This document shows, piece by piece, positions 10,860 through 20,809 of a DNA stretch of 64,000 nt. Source of the DNA: Okamejei kenojei. Lineage: Eukaryota. The stretch is taken from contig CM069134.1 of the NCBI GenBank assembly GCA_035221665.1, positions 15,066,001-15,130,000 of the forward strand, given 5' to 3'. Position 1 is the first letter of the stretch; every line of letters begins with the position of its first letter. The notes under the pieces are model-generated. The model had not been told where the DNA came from. It was given only the letters and a program-made list of their open reading frames with translations, and made no database searches. Made by a program: the position numbers and the translations under genes.

Positions 10860-12010
10860 TAGGAGTAGACCACGGGACTCCTCAAGCCTGCTGCATCATT
10901 CAACATCTTCTATGCAGGCCACGTCTCTCTGTGCCACGTCCCATGATCTTCAATTCATCAATCTTTCAAATATTTGTCCTGTTGCACCTTAATTATTTCT
11001 TACGCTTTGGCCTCTACAACCCTCAGGGGCAAAGAATTTGAGGAATTCTCAATCCCCTAAGAGAAGAAATTCCTGCACATTTCAGTTTTAAATAACCATC
11101 TTCTTATTCTCTAGCTATTTCCCTTTGTGTGTGAATATCCCACAAATTTAAAAATCTCAACATTGACCCATTAATTAGCATGGTGAAACTCCTTTCGATT
11201 GCCCCCCATGCTACTATATTCTTTAGCTAAATGGAACAATACTGCACAGTTTTCCAAGCGTGGCCTCATCAACACTCTGAATAACAATAACAAAATTGCC
11301 TTATTTTTAAACTTCTACCACTTCACAATGAAGGCTGGATACTTCTGAATTTCACTCATTTACAGTCTCTCACCATTTGGATAATAATCTGCCTTTTGAT
11401 TTCTCTTAATGGCCTGTCCCAATTACCCGATTTTTTTCGGCGACTGCCGGCAACCGTCACGACCATACAGACGTCATCCCCACGACATGTATGGTCATGA
11501 GCAGTCGCCCAAAGAGTCGTACCTTTTTCTAGCCGCCGCTGGATTTGCAACATGTTGAACATTTTCGGCGACCTGCTGCGACTATGACGGGTACCGGCAG
11601 GCGGCGAAAAAATTGCGTAAGTGGGGCAGGCCCTTTGCGAAAGTGCACGACCTCACACTTCCCCACATTAACCTCCATTTGCCAGGTTTCTGTCCAAACA
11701 CTCAACCTTTCCATCTCTTGTTGCAGAATCACAATGTCCTCATCAGAACATGCCCTTCCACCTATTTTCTTATCATTGGGTAAATGTGCAAACCCTGTGG
11801 TTTATTCCTCCTCCAGGTCATTGAAGCAAATAGTAAAAGACTGAGTGCCAAAAGCGTATTCCATATCCTTGCTTTTTTATGACAGCCAGTTGTGAACCCA
11901 TGCTAACACACTTCCTCCAATAAATGGGTGCTCAATTTATTTACTAGCCTTCGAGTAAATTTGTCAAATGTGATTTGCCTTTCATAAAACCATGTTGACT
12001 ATTTATGTAT
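10860..12010 (-). mobile_element. Old degraded CR1 LINE interrupted by a MITE
   Basis: ORF 11529-11732: LQQEMERLSVWTETWQMEVNVGKCEVVHF; decayed 3' UTR near 10860-11150. Confidence 0.65.
11409..11634. mobile_element. PIF/Harbinger-type MITE
   Basis: Imperfect TIRs ATGGCCTGTCCCAATTAC / GTAAGTGGGGCAGGCCCT; flanks TTA/TTG. Confidence 0.75.
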
Positions 12011-12149
12011 TTACAGCAGCTTCTGTTGTTTTTTCTGATATTACACATTTCAAAATTATTTTTTTCCGTCCCTATGAACTTAAAAACTTCCTAATGTTCT
12101 CATCAATTGTGATGTTTTTCATGCACCTTTTTCAATTTAACATTCTACT

Positions 12150-12528
12150 AATCTTATAGAGGTGTACAAATTCATGAGAGGAATAGATCGGGTAGATGCA
12201 CAGAGTCTCTTGCCCAGAGTCAGTGAAACGAGGATCAGAGACATGGGTTCAAGGTGAAGGGGAAATGATTTAATAGGAATCTGAGGGGTAACTTTTCCAC
12301 ACAAAGGGTGGTGGGTGTATGGAACAAGCTGCCAGATAAAGTAGTTGAGGCAGGGACTAACCCAACGTTTAAGAAACAGTTAGACAGGTACATGGATAGG
12401 ACAGGTTTGGAGGGATATGGGCCAAGCATAGGCAGATGGGACTAGTGTAGCTGGGACATGTTGGCCAGCGTGGGGAAATTGAGCTGAAGGGTCTGTTTCT
12501 ACGCTGTAACATGCGATGACTCTATGAC
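12150..12528 (+). mobile_element. CR1 LINE 3' fragment with (CTATGACT)n tail
   Basis: Encodes LIEVYKFMRGIDRVD...; candidate TSD TCTACT at 12144-12149 and 12529-12534. Confidence 0.85.
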
Positions 12529-12924
12529 TCTACTTGACTTCCATTGTTAACCACGGAATATGCCTCTTTTTCATGCAATCCCGTTATAATTGGGGCATTG
12601 GGAGGTCACATTTTAGGGGTCCACAGACTACTTCCACCGGGTCTTCTCCCCATTGCTATTTGTGATTTCAACCCAAACCAATTCTACTTTTTATCCACCA
12701 TCTCAGTATCACAACGTAACAGCATTCTAATACCTTCCCTGATCGCCAGCATTATCCCTTTAGGTCTTATCTTTCACAACATCTTCTGATCTAGAATATC
12801 GGTCACTTTGTAAACACATCTCTAAAACAGTAATTAGATCACCCTCATATGTCAGCTTATCCGTCTTATTGCAAATGCTTCTCGCAGTCAAATAATGACC
12901 ACAAAGCTTTGATTTTTAAATTGA

Positions 12925-13385
12925 AAATAGACACACTGGAGTAACCCAGTGGATCAGGCAGCATCTCTGGAGAAAAGGAATAGGTGATATTTCGGGTCGA
13001 GACCCCTCTTCAGACTGCGAGTCAGAAGAGAGGGAACTGAGAGATATGAAAAGGTACAAAGTCAAATGGATGAAAGGTATAAAAAGAACAACTCAAAGCA
13101 AACAACGATGATCAAGGAAAGGTGGAGCCCACAATGGTCCACTGTTGGCTGTGGAGAAGGTGATGAGCGGATACAAACAGTGAAACTAAGCAGAAGGACA
13201 GTGAAACTAGTATGATGACTAGGGTGGGGGAGAGGTGGAGAGAGAGGAAATGCAATGGTTACTTGAAGTTAGGGAAATCAATATTCATACAGCTGGGGTG
13301 TAAGCAGCCCAAGCGAAATATGAGATGCTGATCCCCCAATTTGCGTTTGTCGACTCTGACAGTGGAGGAAGCCCAGGACACAAAC
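12925..13385 (-). mobile_element. Penelope-like element 3' fragment with terminal repeat
   Basis: Reverse complement of 34860-35200 (endonuclease C-terminus and terminal repeat); hammerhead core at 12986-13013. Confidence 0.8.
12986..13013 (-). ncRNA. Minimal type I hammerhead ribozyme core
   Basis: Minus strand CUGAAGA-G-GGGUC-UC-GACCC-GAAAUAUC: conserved CUGANGA and GAAA boxes, paired stem II, NUH triplet AUC. Confidence 0.6.
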
Positions 13386-13903
13386 CAATTCTAGATTTGC
13401 TCTTTGCTCCATACTTTTGGTTGCATTTTCTGCCACAGCATGTCACAATTTGCTGGTCAATTTCCCTCTCATCATCCCGTGCAACAATTCTATCATTCCC
13501 ATTTGAATTATTAAATGTCCCATTCTTGGAGATTCATCAGGCACAAGTGATGACACTGTTTTTCAACTTCCCCACCGAAAAATACAAAACGGCCACGACT
13601 ACCTTTGTACAAAGATGTGAAGGTACAAATTAGAAGCAGGAATAGATGAAGCAACCTCTCTTGGTAACCTTTCGCCTTTTGCTTATCAAGCTGATTCTGT
13701 TTCCAGAGGCCTTTAAGGAAGAGAGTTTCAATTACTTCTAAGAGAAAAAATGTTTACCTTATCACCATCTTTAATTGGGTTGGTCCTAGTTTTGAGATCA
13801 TGACTTCTAGTTCCAGATTATCCAGATTTTATTTATCCCAAATTAATGGATATATATAAACCTGTGATATATATAAACCTGTGATATATATACTCTGAAA
13901 TTC

Positions 13904-14496
13904 TTCTGCAGTTGTATTGGGCTCTGATGAGACCACATCTGGAGTACTGTGTACAATTTTGGTCTCCTAATTTGAGGAAGGACATCCTTGTGATTGAGGC
14001 AGTGCAGCGTAGGTTCACAAGATTGATCCCTGGGATGGCGGGACTGTCATATGAGGAAAGATTGAAAATACTAGGCTTGTATTCACTGGAGTTTAGAAGG
14101 ATGAGGGGGGATCTTATAGAAACATATCAAATTATAAAAGGACTGGACAAGCTAGATGCAGGAAAAATGTTCCCAATGTTGGGTGCGTCCAGAACCAGGG
14201 GCCACAGTCTTAGAATAAAGGGGAAGCCATTTAAGACTGAGGTGAGAAAAAACTTTTTCACCCAGAGAGTTGTGAACTTGTCGAATTCCCTGCCACAGAG
14301 GGCAGTGAAGGCCAAGTCACTGGATGGATTTAAGAGAGAGTTAGATAGAGCTCGAGGGGCTAGTGGAGTCAAGGGATATGGGGAGAAGGCAGGCATGGGT
14401 TATTGATTGGGGACGATCAGCCATGATCACAATGAATGGTGGTGCTGGCTCAAAGGGCCGAATGGCCTCCTCCTGCACCTATTTTCTATGTTTCTA
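13904..14496 (+). mobile_element. CR1 LINE 3' fragment (young), (CTATGTTT)n tail
   Basis: Uninterrupted ORF 13912-14406 (RPHLEYCVQFWSP...GYGEKAG); 8-bp TSD TGAAATTC at 13896-13903 and 14497-14504. Confidence 0.92.
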
Positions 14497-15305
14497 TGAA
14501 ATTCAAATTTCATTGTAATAAAAATGCTGCACCAATATGTATGAAATATAAATTTTACCTCTTTGACTAAACAGAAATCATTTTATTTTCCTAATAGTGT
14601 AAACATCCTCTCCATATTTAGACCTGGAATTTTATATGAGTACCTCAAAAGCATACATTATTTATGTTTCTAATGTTTTAATTTAAGATTTTGGTGTTAA
14701 TAAAATGATATTTTGTTACCTCATTTTCTGTGTTGTGTTTTTTTTTAGGTATTTGACATTTTCTGATCCAGTTTCTTTAGCAGTGAAATACATCCAAGGT
14801 TTTTACTGTAAATATTAACTTTTTTTTTGATAAACAAATGTCACCAATAAAATATATTCTGTGAACACATACTTTTCATAAATCAAGGAATAATCTGTTA
14901 TAGAATGTAATTCATTTCTACCTCACCTCTTTCATTTCTTTGAACTCCCTCCCATCTCCCAGTTCAGTTTAAGGCTAGATAATTCAGGTTGGTATTTCTT
15001 CCCACCCTCTGGAATTGATCTTGAAGCCTTTTCTTTACACTCCCAATTTCATTAACCGCCCATTCTCCATTCCTTTCATCTTCTAACATTGACACACTTT
15101 CTCAAATCTTGACACACTCTTTCAAACCCCTCCTCTAATCAGATATTGTTGGCACCTTTGCCCCTTCCCCCACTTAGTTGATTGTGACACTCTTTACTAT
15201 CCTTGCCCCTCACTATTAGTTAGCTAATAATGTACCACATTCACTCTCCTTCTCTTCCCTACTTAATGCTCCGATTCGATTGTATCTATAATTAAAGATA
15301 GAATG

Positions 15306-15425
15306 TTGTAGGAAGGAACTACGGATGCTGGTTTAAACCGAAGATAGGCACAAAATGCTGGAATAACTCAGCCGGACAGGTAGCATCTCTGGATAGAAGA
15401 AATGGGTGACGTTTTGGATCGAGAC
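15306..15425 (-). mobile_element. Penelope-like terminal-repeat fragment
   Basis: GTAGGAAGGAACTACGGATGCTGG...GGGTGACGTTTTGGATCGAGAC, truncated within the hammerhead stem II. Confidence 0.75.
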
Positions 15426-16234
15426 ATATTGTTTCTCTGACAATCTTAGTGGAAACTCCCTTTCCTTCTTTAATAACCCCACTCTTCTTTATCCAAAACT
15501 CTATTTTACTTGTGATATCATTTTTCCAACATTTCTCATACCAGTACCACACACTGATACTTGCAGAAATAAAAATAGCTGCCAAACTAAAAAAAATCAT
15601 TACGTTTTGCATTGCAGTCATAATCACAAAGAAAAACCATTAAGACTGCTGTTCAAAGGTAAAGGAGGAGCCTATTTTTTGCTCATTTGGTCAGTTAATA
15701 TTTACAGTAGATTTTAAATGTTTTTAACATGAAACTCTTGAGTTGGTATATATGCATCTTGAAACTATGTTAGAAACATCAATGTCTCCTGATATACTTT
15801 TTGATAGAAGAATTTGGTTTAATTTAAAGCAGTGATGTTGGCCTGCACAAAAATTACTTAGCTATTTAATTTTTAGATCTTAAACTTTGAATATTATTGG
15901 CCCCAAAAATAGAAATTTAATATGTAGAGTGGATGTAGAGTATAACTCAGAGAGCTATGTGCAATGAAAGTGCATATTGTTAATTTGATGAAAGAATTTA
16001 TCATGCCTTTTTATTAATTCCAAATTAATAGATTGTTAGCCCTGTTATATCTATACTCTGAATTTCACGTTTCATTATTATATATAAAAATTCTGCACCA
16101 ATGTGTATGAAATATGACATTTACCTCTTTGACGAAACAGAAATTATTTTCATGGGTGCTGAGCTCATCTCTATTTTCAAATCATAGTTTTCCTCCTCAT
16201 ATTTGACCAATAGAGTTTTAGGTATTAAGGTGTA

Positions 16235-16720
16235 GGTGGCATCTCTGGAGAGAAGGAATGGGTGACGTTTTGGGTCGAGACCCCTCTTCAAGGGATATGG
16301 GATTAGGTCGGGAAAGAAAAAAGTGTTGAGCTAAAAGATCAGCCATGATTTTATGAAATGGTAGAGCAGGCATGAGGGGTTAAATAGCTTACTCCTGTTT
16401 CTATTTATGCTATTTAGGTTTAGGTTTATTATTGTCATATGTGCTAAGGTGCAGTGAAAACTTTTGTTTTGCATGCTATCCAAGCAGATCAGATAATACT
16501 ATGTATAAATACAATCAAATGAAACTCAAGGACAATAGGTAGAGCAAAGGGAAAGACACAGAATGCAGAATATAGCTCTCAACATTGCAGTGCATCAGTT
16601 CTGCAGACAAAGTTCCTTGTCCACAATGCGGTAGAGGTGAATCAGATGGTGCATTAGCTTATGGAAGTGCCACGCAGAGGCCCGAGAACAGAAAGGAAAA
16701 AGTCGTTCCTGAGTTTGGGA
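16235..16720. mobile_element. Cluster: Penelope terminal fragment (-, 16235-16290), CR1 tail (+, 16290-16410), Rex-Babar-like tail (-, 16415-16720)
   Basis: Each piece matches longer copies elsewhere in the window. Confidence 0.6.
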
Positions 16721-17790
16721 CATAAGGTCATAAATGATAGCAGCAGAATTAGGCCATTCGGCCCATCAAGTCTATAGCGGCAGATTCTTATATTGTTCAA
16801 GAGATTACTCCCTCTAGCCACTTGAGAGACTACATGGCTTTAGGACAAAGTCTACTCCATCAATCCTGGCTGATCTATCTCTCCCTATTAACCCCATTCT
16901 CCCGCCTTCTCCTCATATCTCTGCCTTAAAAACATCAATTGACTTGGCCTCCACAGCCTTCTGTGGCAAAGAATTCCAGATTCACCACCCTCAGAAAATA
17001 CATTTCTCCTCATATCCTTCCCAAAGGAACGTCCTTTAATTCTGAGGCTATTAGCTCTAGTCCAAGAGATGCGATTGTTTTCCGGATCGTGTCTCCGGTC
17101 GCTCTGCAGCCTAACATCGTGGAGCTGGAGGCTTTGCTCAGGACTGACTTTGAGCCCCACCGCGGGGTGTGGACATACCATCGGAGCCGATTCCTTGCCT
17201 GGGATCGACGCTCCAAACGCGGCCTGCGGATTTCATCATCAGGAGCTCGCAGTCTCGGGTTGGGACTGTAGATGTCGGGAGCTCCAACCACGCAGAAGGA
17301 TCGATCAGCCCCGACCCGGGGGTCCAAACGCTTGGCGCGGGGGAGCGGAGATCCCCGAAGCGGGAGCTTGATCGCCCCGACGCGGAGGGCCCAGAATGCC
17401 ACCGGCTACGGGAGTCAAGATCGTCCCGTCAACGGGGGGGCTCGGGGCCCCCGATCACGGGAGGACAAAGAAGGGAAGAGATTGAACTTTTTCTCGCCTT
17501 CCATCACAGTGAGGAATGTGGAGGAGTCACTGTGGTGGATGTTTATGTTAAAATGTATTTTGTGTGTTCTGTTGCTTTTTATTAGTATGACTGTCTGGCA
17601 AATCAAAGTCCTTGTATGTTGCAAAACATTCTTGGCTAATAAAGTAAGTATGAGTATGAGTAGACTCTCCCACGAGTGCAAACATCCTCTCCACATCCAC
17701 TCCATCCAAGCCTTTCACTATGCAGTACGTTTCAATGAGGTCCTCCATTCTTCTAAACTCCAGCGAGTACAGGCCCCGTGCGTCAAACCA
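16720..17790 (-). mobile_element. CR1 LINE 3' fragment carrying two later insertions
   Basis: Matches 4920-5380; ORF 17548-17748 EDLIETYCIVKGLDGVDVERMF; interrupted at 16775-16847 and about 17066-17662. Confidence 0.8.
17066..17662 (+). mobile_element. CpG-rich non-autonomous retroposon, 5'-truncated
   Basis: GC-rich body, 3' stem-loop CCATCACAGTGA...TCACTGTGGTGG, AATAAA and (AGTATG)n tail; host CR1 resumes at AGACTCTCCCAC. Confidence 0.7.
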
Positions 17791-19207
17791 TGTGTGCTTT
17801 CAATGTTCTTGGGATCTCATAACATCTTTTAATTGCTTAATATTTACTTTTGTCGCCTTAGATTCAGTGAAATAAAAGTGCTTCATACTCAGTATATCTA
17901 ACACTAATAAATAGGTATTAGTTTTTTATGTCTGTGCTACTGATCAACAGATATTCAGCTTTTGAGACTATATTTGAAAGTAAAATGAAGTCCTCTCAAT
18001 AATTCTTTATTTGGTAGCACTTGCCAATTTTTTATCTCCAATACCTGACCTGATACTATTAATCTTCAAAATTAATGCTATTTTGATTTTGACCAGCTGT
18101 GTATTATAGTGGAGATAGGATATAGATAAGTACTGCTGGGTTTTAGCAGATCCTGTTACACGAAACTCATTTTAAATTGGCCTTTATTAGGATGGTTGAA
18201 CGTGAGCAGGAAACAGGTTTAATTTAAAGAGGTCTTTGTCTGTGTTGTCCCTGTTGCGCTGAGGGAGCAGCTGGCCAATGTGAAAAAATAATGAATGTAG
18301 GAGGTTCATACTTATTTAATGACCTTTATTCACAGGTCCTGGCTGCAACTAGAGAGCAAAGGCAGCCCTACTAATTAACAAAAAAAGGAAAATACTGTAA
18401 CTAGTCATTTTAGTGCAATGTACGTCAAGTAAAATGTGTACATCCTGCCAAACTAATCCTAAGGTAGATTCTGACATAGAATATACCTATGCTGTTTATA
18501 TGTCTGCTCAGTGCCATTCCAGCACTAAATTACTTTTGAGAACAATACATAGAATGCAATGGATTTCCTAAAGGACAAATTATGTGTTCTTTTAACACCA
18601 GATATCCCACCAGGACAATATGAAATAAGGATATTTTGTAATGTTTAAACATATTCTTGCTGACAGATGTCAGTTATGTATATAATTTCTCTCAACTTAT
18701 CCCTTACCTATCTGTATCTCTGGGTAAATGTTTATTTGTATGTCTATCCGTTTAAATTGTATAACATATATAAGTAAAAATGTATGTATTTACGTTTCCA
18801 CTCACATGAATTCTCGCTTATCAAGCAGTCTATTTGCTTATTAATTTATACCTGGATCCTTATCTTTGCCATCTGCCTACAAAACTCCATCAATGCCTTT
18901 TGATCTACTTTGATCTATTTGTTATATCTTTCTGGCTACATCAATGTTTGTATATTTTTGTATCAAACTCATTGCAATCTATTTATTTGCAACGTATGTC
19001 TGTATCTAAATATCAACCAACTATCTACACGTTTTACTATAAATGACCACTTTTCTAACCATGCCTTGCCATTTCTTCACCTGGCTACTGCTCTGCCCAG
19101 CTATGCCAATATTTATCACTCACATTTCCCTTTCTATGTCTATCTAGGTCTGTTATCCATAAAAGCCTGTATTTATCAATCAATCTATCCCAATCTATCT
19201 AAGAAGC

Positions 19208-19365
19208 CTAGATAGACACAAAATGCTGGAGTAACTCAGCGGGACATGCAGCATCTCTGGAGAGAAGGAATGGATGACATTTCGGCTTGAGACCCATCTT
19301 CAGACTGAGCGTCAGGGTAGAGGGTGTTACAGAGATAAGGAAGTGTAAGAGATTCAAAAGAGATG
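19208..19365 (-). mobile_element. Penelope-like terminal-repeat fragment
   Basis: Same terminal sequence; decayed hammerhead core at 19276-19303. Confidence 0.75.
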
Positions 19366-19394
19366 CAGATCACGCCTTATCACTCCTTCTACCC

Positions 19395-19623
19395 TTTTTC
19401 ACACAAAGAGTTGTGAGTCTGTGGAATTCTCTGCCTCAGAAGGCGGTGGAGGCCGGTTCTCTGGATACTTTCAAGAGTGAGCTAGATAGGGCTCTTAAAG
19501 ATAGCAGAGTTAAGGGGATATGTGGAGAAGGCAGGAAAGGGGTACTGACTGTGGATGATCAGCCATGATCACATTGCTGGCTCGAAGGGCCGAATGGCCT
19601 ACTTGTGCACCTATTGTCTATTG
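19395..19623 (+). mobile_element. CR1 LINE 3' fragment with (CTATTGT)n tail
   Basis: FFTQRVVSLWNSLPQKAVEAGSL; 7-bp TSD TCTACCC at 19388-19394 and 19624-19630. Confidence 0.88.
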
Positions 19624-19829
19624 TCTACCCATATTTACTGATGGCAATGTGCGTCACATAAATTGATGTATGTAGGTAATAAATAAGTGCATTTATAAAT
19701 CTAATGTTAAGCCTAAAGGCTGTGCATTTTGTTACCTCATTGTATACTTTAAGTACGTGCCTAAAATAATAATATTTAAGCATTATTTAAAACAAATATA
19801 GAGCTTTCTTGAACCATTGGACGGCATTA

Positions 19830-20129
19830 TGGGTGAGATGGTGGCGCTGTGGTAGAGCTGCTGCCTTACAGCATCAGAGACCCGGACTCAATCCTGCTTG
19901 TCTGTATGGAGTTGGTATGTTCTCCCCGTGACCGCATGGGTTTTCTCCGAGATCTTTGGTTTCCTCCCACACTCCAAAGATGCACAGGTTTGTAGGTTAC
20001 TTGGCTTGGTATTAAGTTGAAATGGCCCCAGTGTGTGTAGGTTGGTGTTTGTGTAGCGATCGCTGGTCGGTGTCGACTCAGTGGGCCAAAGGGCCTAATT
20101 TAGCACTGTATCTCTAAACTAAACTAAAC
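19830..20129 (+). mobile_element. HE1-like V-SINE
   Basis: A-box-like TGGCGCTGTGG, V-domain, CR1-like tail, (TAAAC)n. Confidence 0.85.
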
Positions 20130-20156
20130 ATTGTTCCAAACCGGGCAACAATGTAG

Positions 20157-20281
20157 AGGGCCTGTCCCATTGACGTGACCTTTCAGCGACTATCTTTGAC
20201 CTTCAAGCTCGAGGGCCCTCGCCTGAAAAACCTCGAGCTGGATCCACCATCAGCGATGAAACCGCGAGCTGGATCGACCGA

Positions 20282-20363
<82 letters not shown>

Positions 20364-20483
20364 CCCCCCCCCCCCCGTAAAGGCGGGGGCCAGGGAAAGC
20401 AGGGGAGCTCCCTGAAATTCACACCCGCGATGAAGAGGAAGGTAAAAGACGGCTGCACAGTGTACGGTAAGTCCTTTAGAGAG

Positions 20484-20522
<39 letters not shown>
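20157..20522. mobile_element. Harbinger-type element left end containing (CA)n, C-run and G-run; right TIR missing
   Basis: TAG followed by AGGGCCTGTCCCA TIR; interior is the reverse complement of part of 32406-33104. Confidence 0.6.
20283..20361. repeat. (CA)n microsatellite, about 39 units
   Basis: Perfect dinucleotide run. Confidence 0.97.
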
Positions 20523-20523
<1 letters not shown>

Positions 20524-20809
20524 TGCTACCTCACCCGCTGAGTTTCTCCAGATTTTTCCATCATCCGCAGTAATTAATCACCTGTTCTCACTTTGTGGGA
20601 ATAACTCTGAGATTCCAGTCCTTCCCACTCCAATTCTGATCTCTCTTTCTGTTGATCCTGCACTGTCACAGTGTAAGCTCAAGGAACTACACCACACCTT
20701 CTGTCTGGGCACTTTGCACTGGGTGCATATAGAGTTAAACCCTCTGATTTTAGATTACATGCTCTTTTTTCCCGACTCACTCAGAATGAATGCCACCTGT
20801 CATCCTTTT

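Noticed and set aside
15319-15627. Minus ORF with a hydrophobic, membrane-like N-terminus
   Set aside because: No recognisable domain, the C-terminus runs into a Penelope repeat, and hydrophobicity follows from T-rich composition.
16939-17832. Stack of overlapping 100-186 aa ORFs (similar stacks at 26162-27830 and 29505-29972)
   Set aside because: By-product of GC-rich, stop-poor retroposon interiors; no ORF is conserved between family copies.
14749-17915. Possible plus-strand micro-exons (14749-14807, 15618-15658, from 17862) with AG/GT-like borders
   Set aside because: Their open frames do not chain in phase and the peptides match nothing I recognise; such sites are expected by chance in AT-rich DNA.
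18700-19205. ORFs 18834-19046 and 18910-19215
   Set aside because: Low-complexity TATC/TATT-rich decayed microsatellite; the peptides are compositionally biased.
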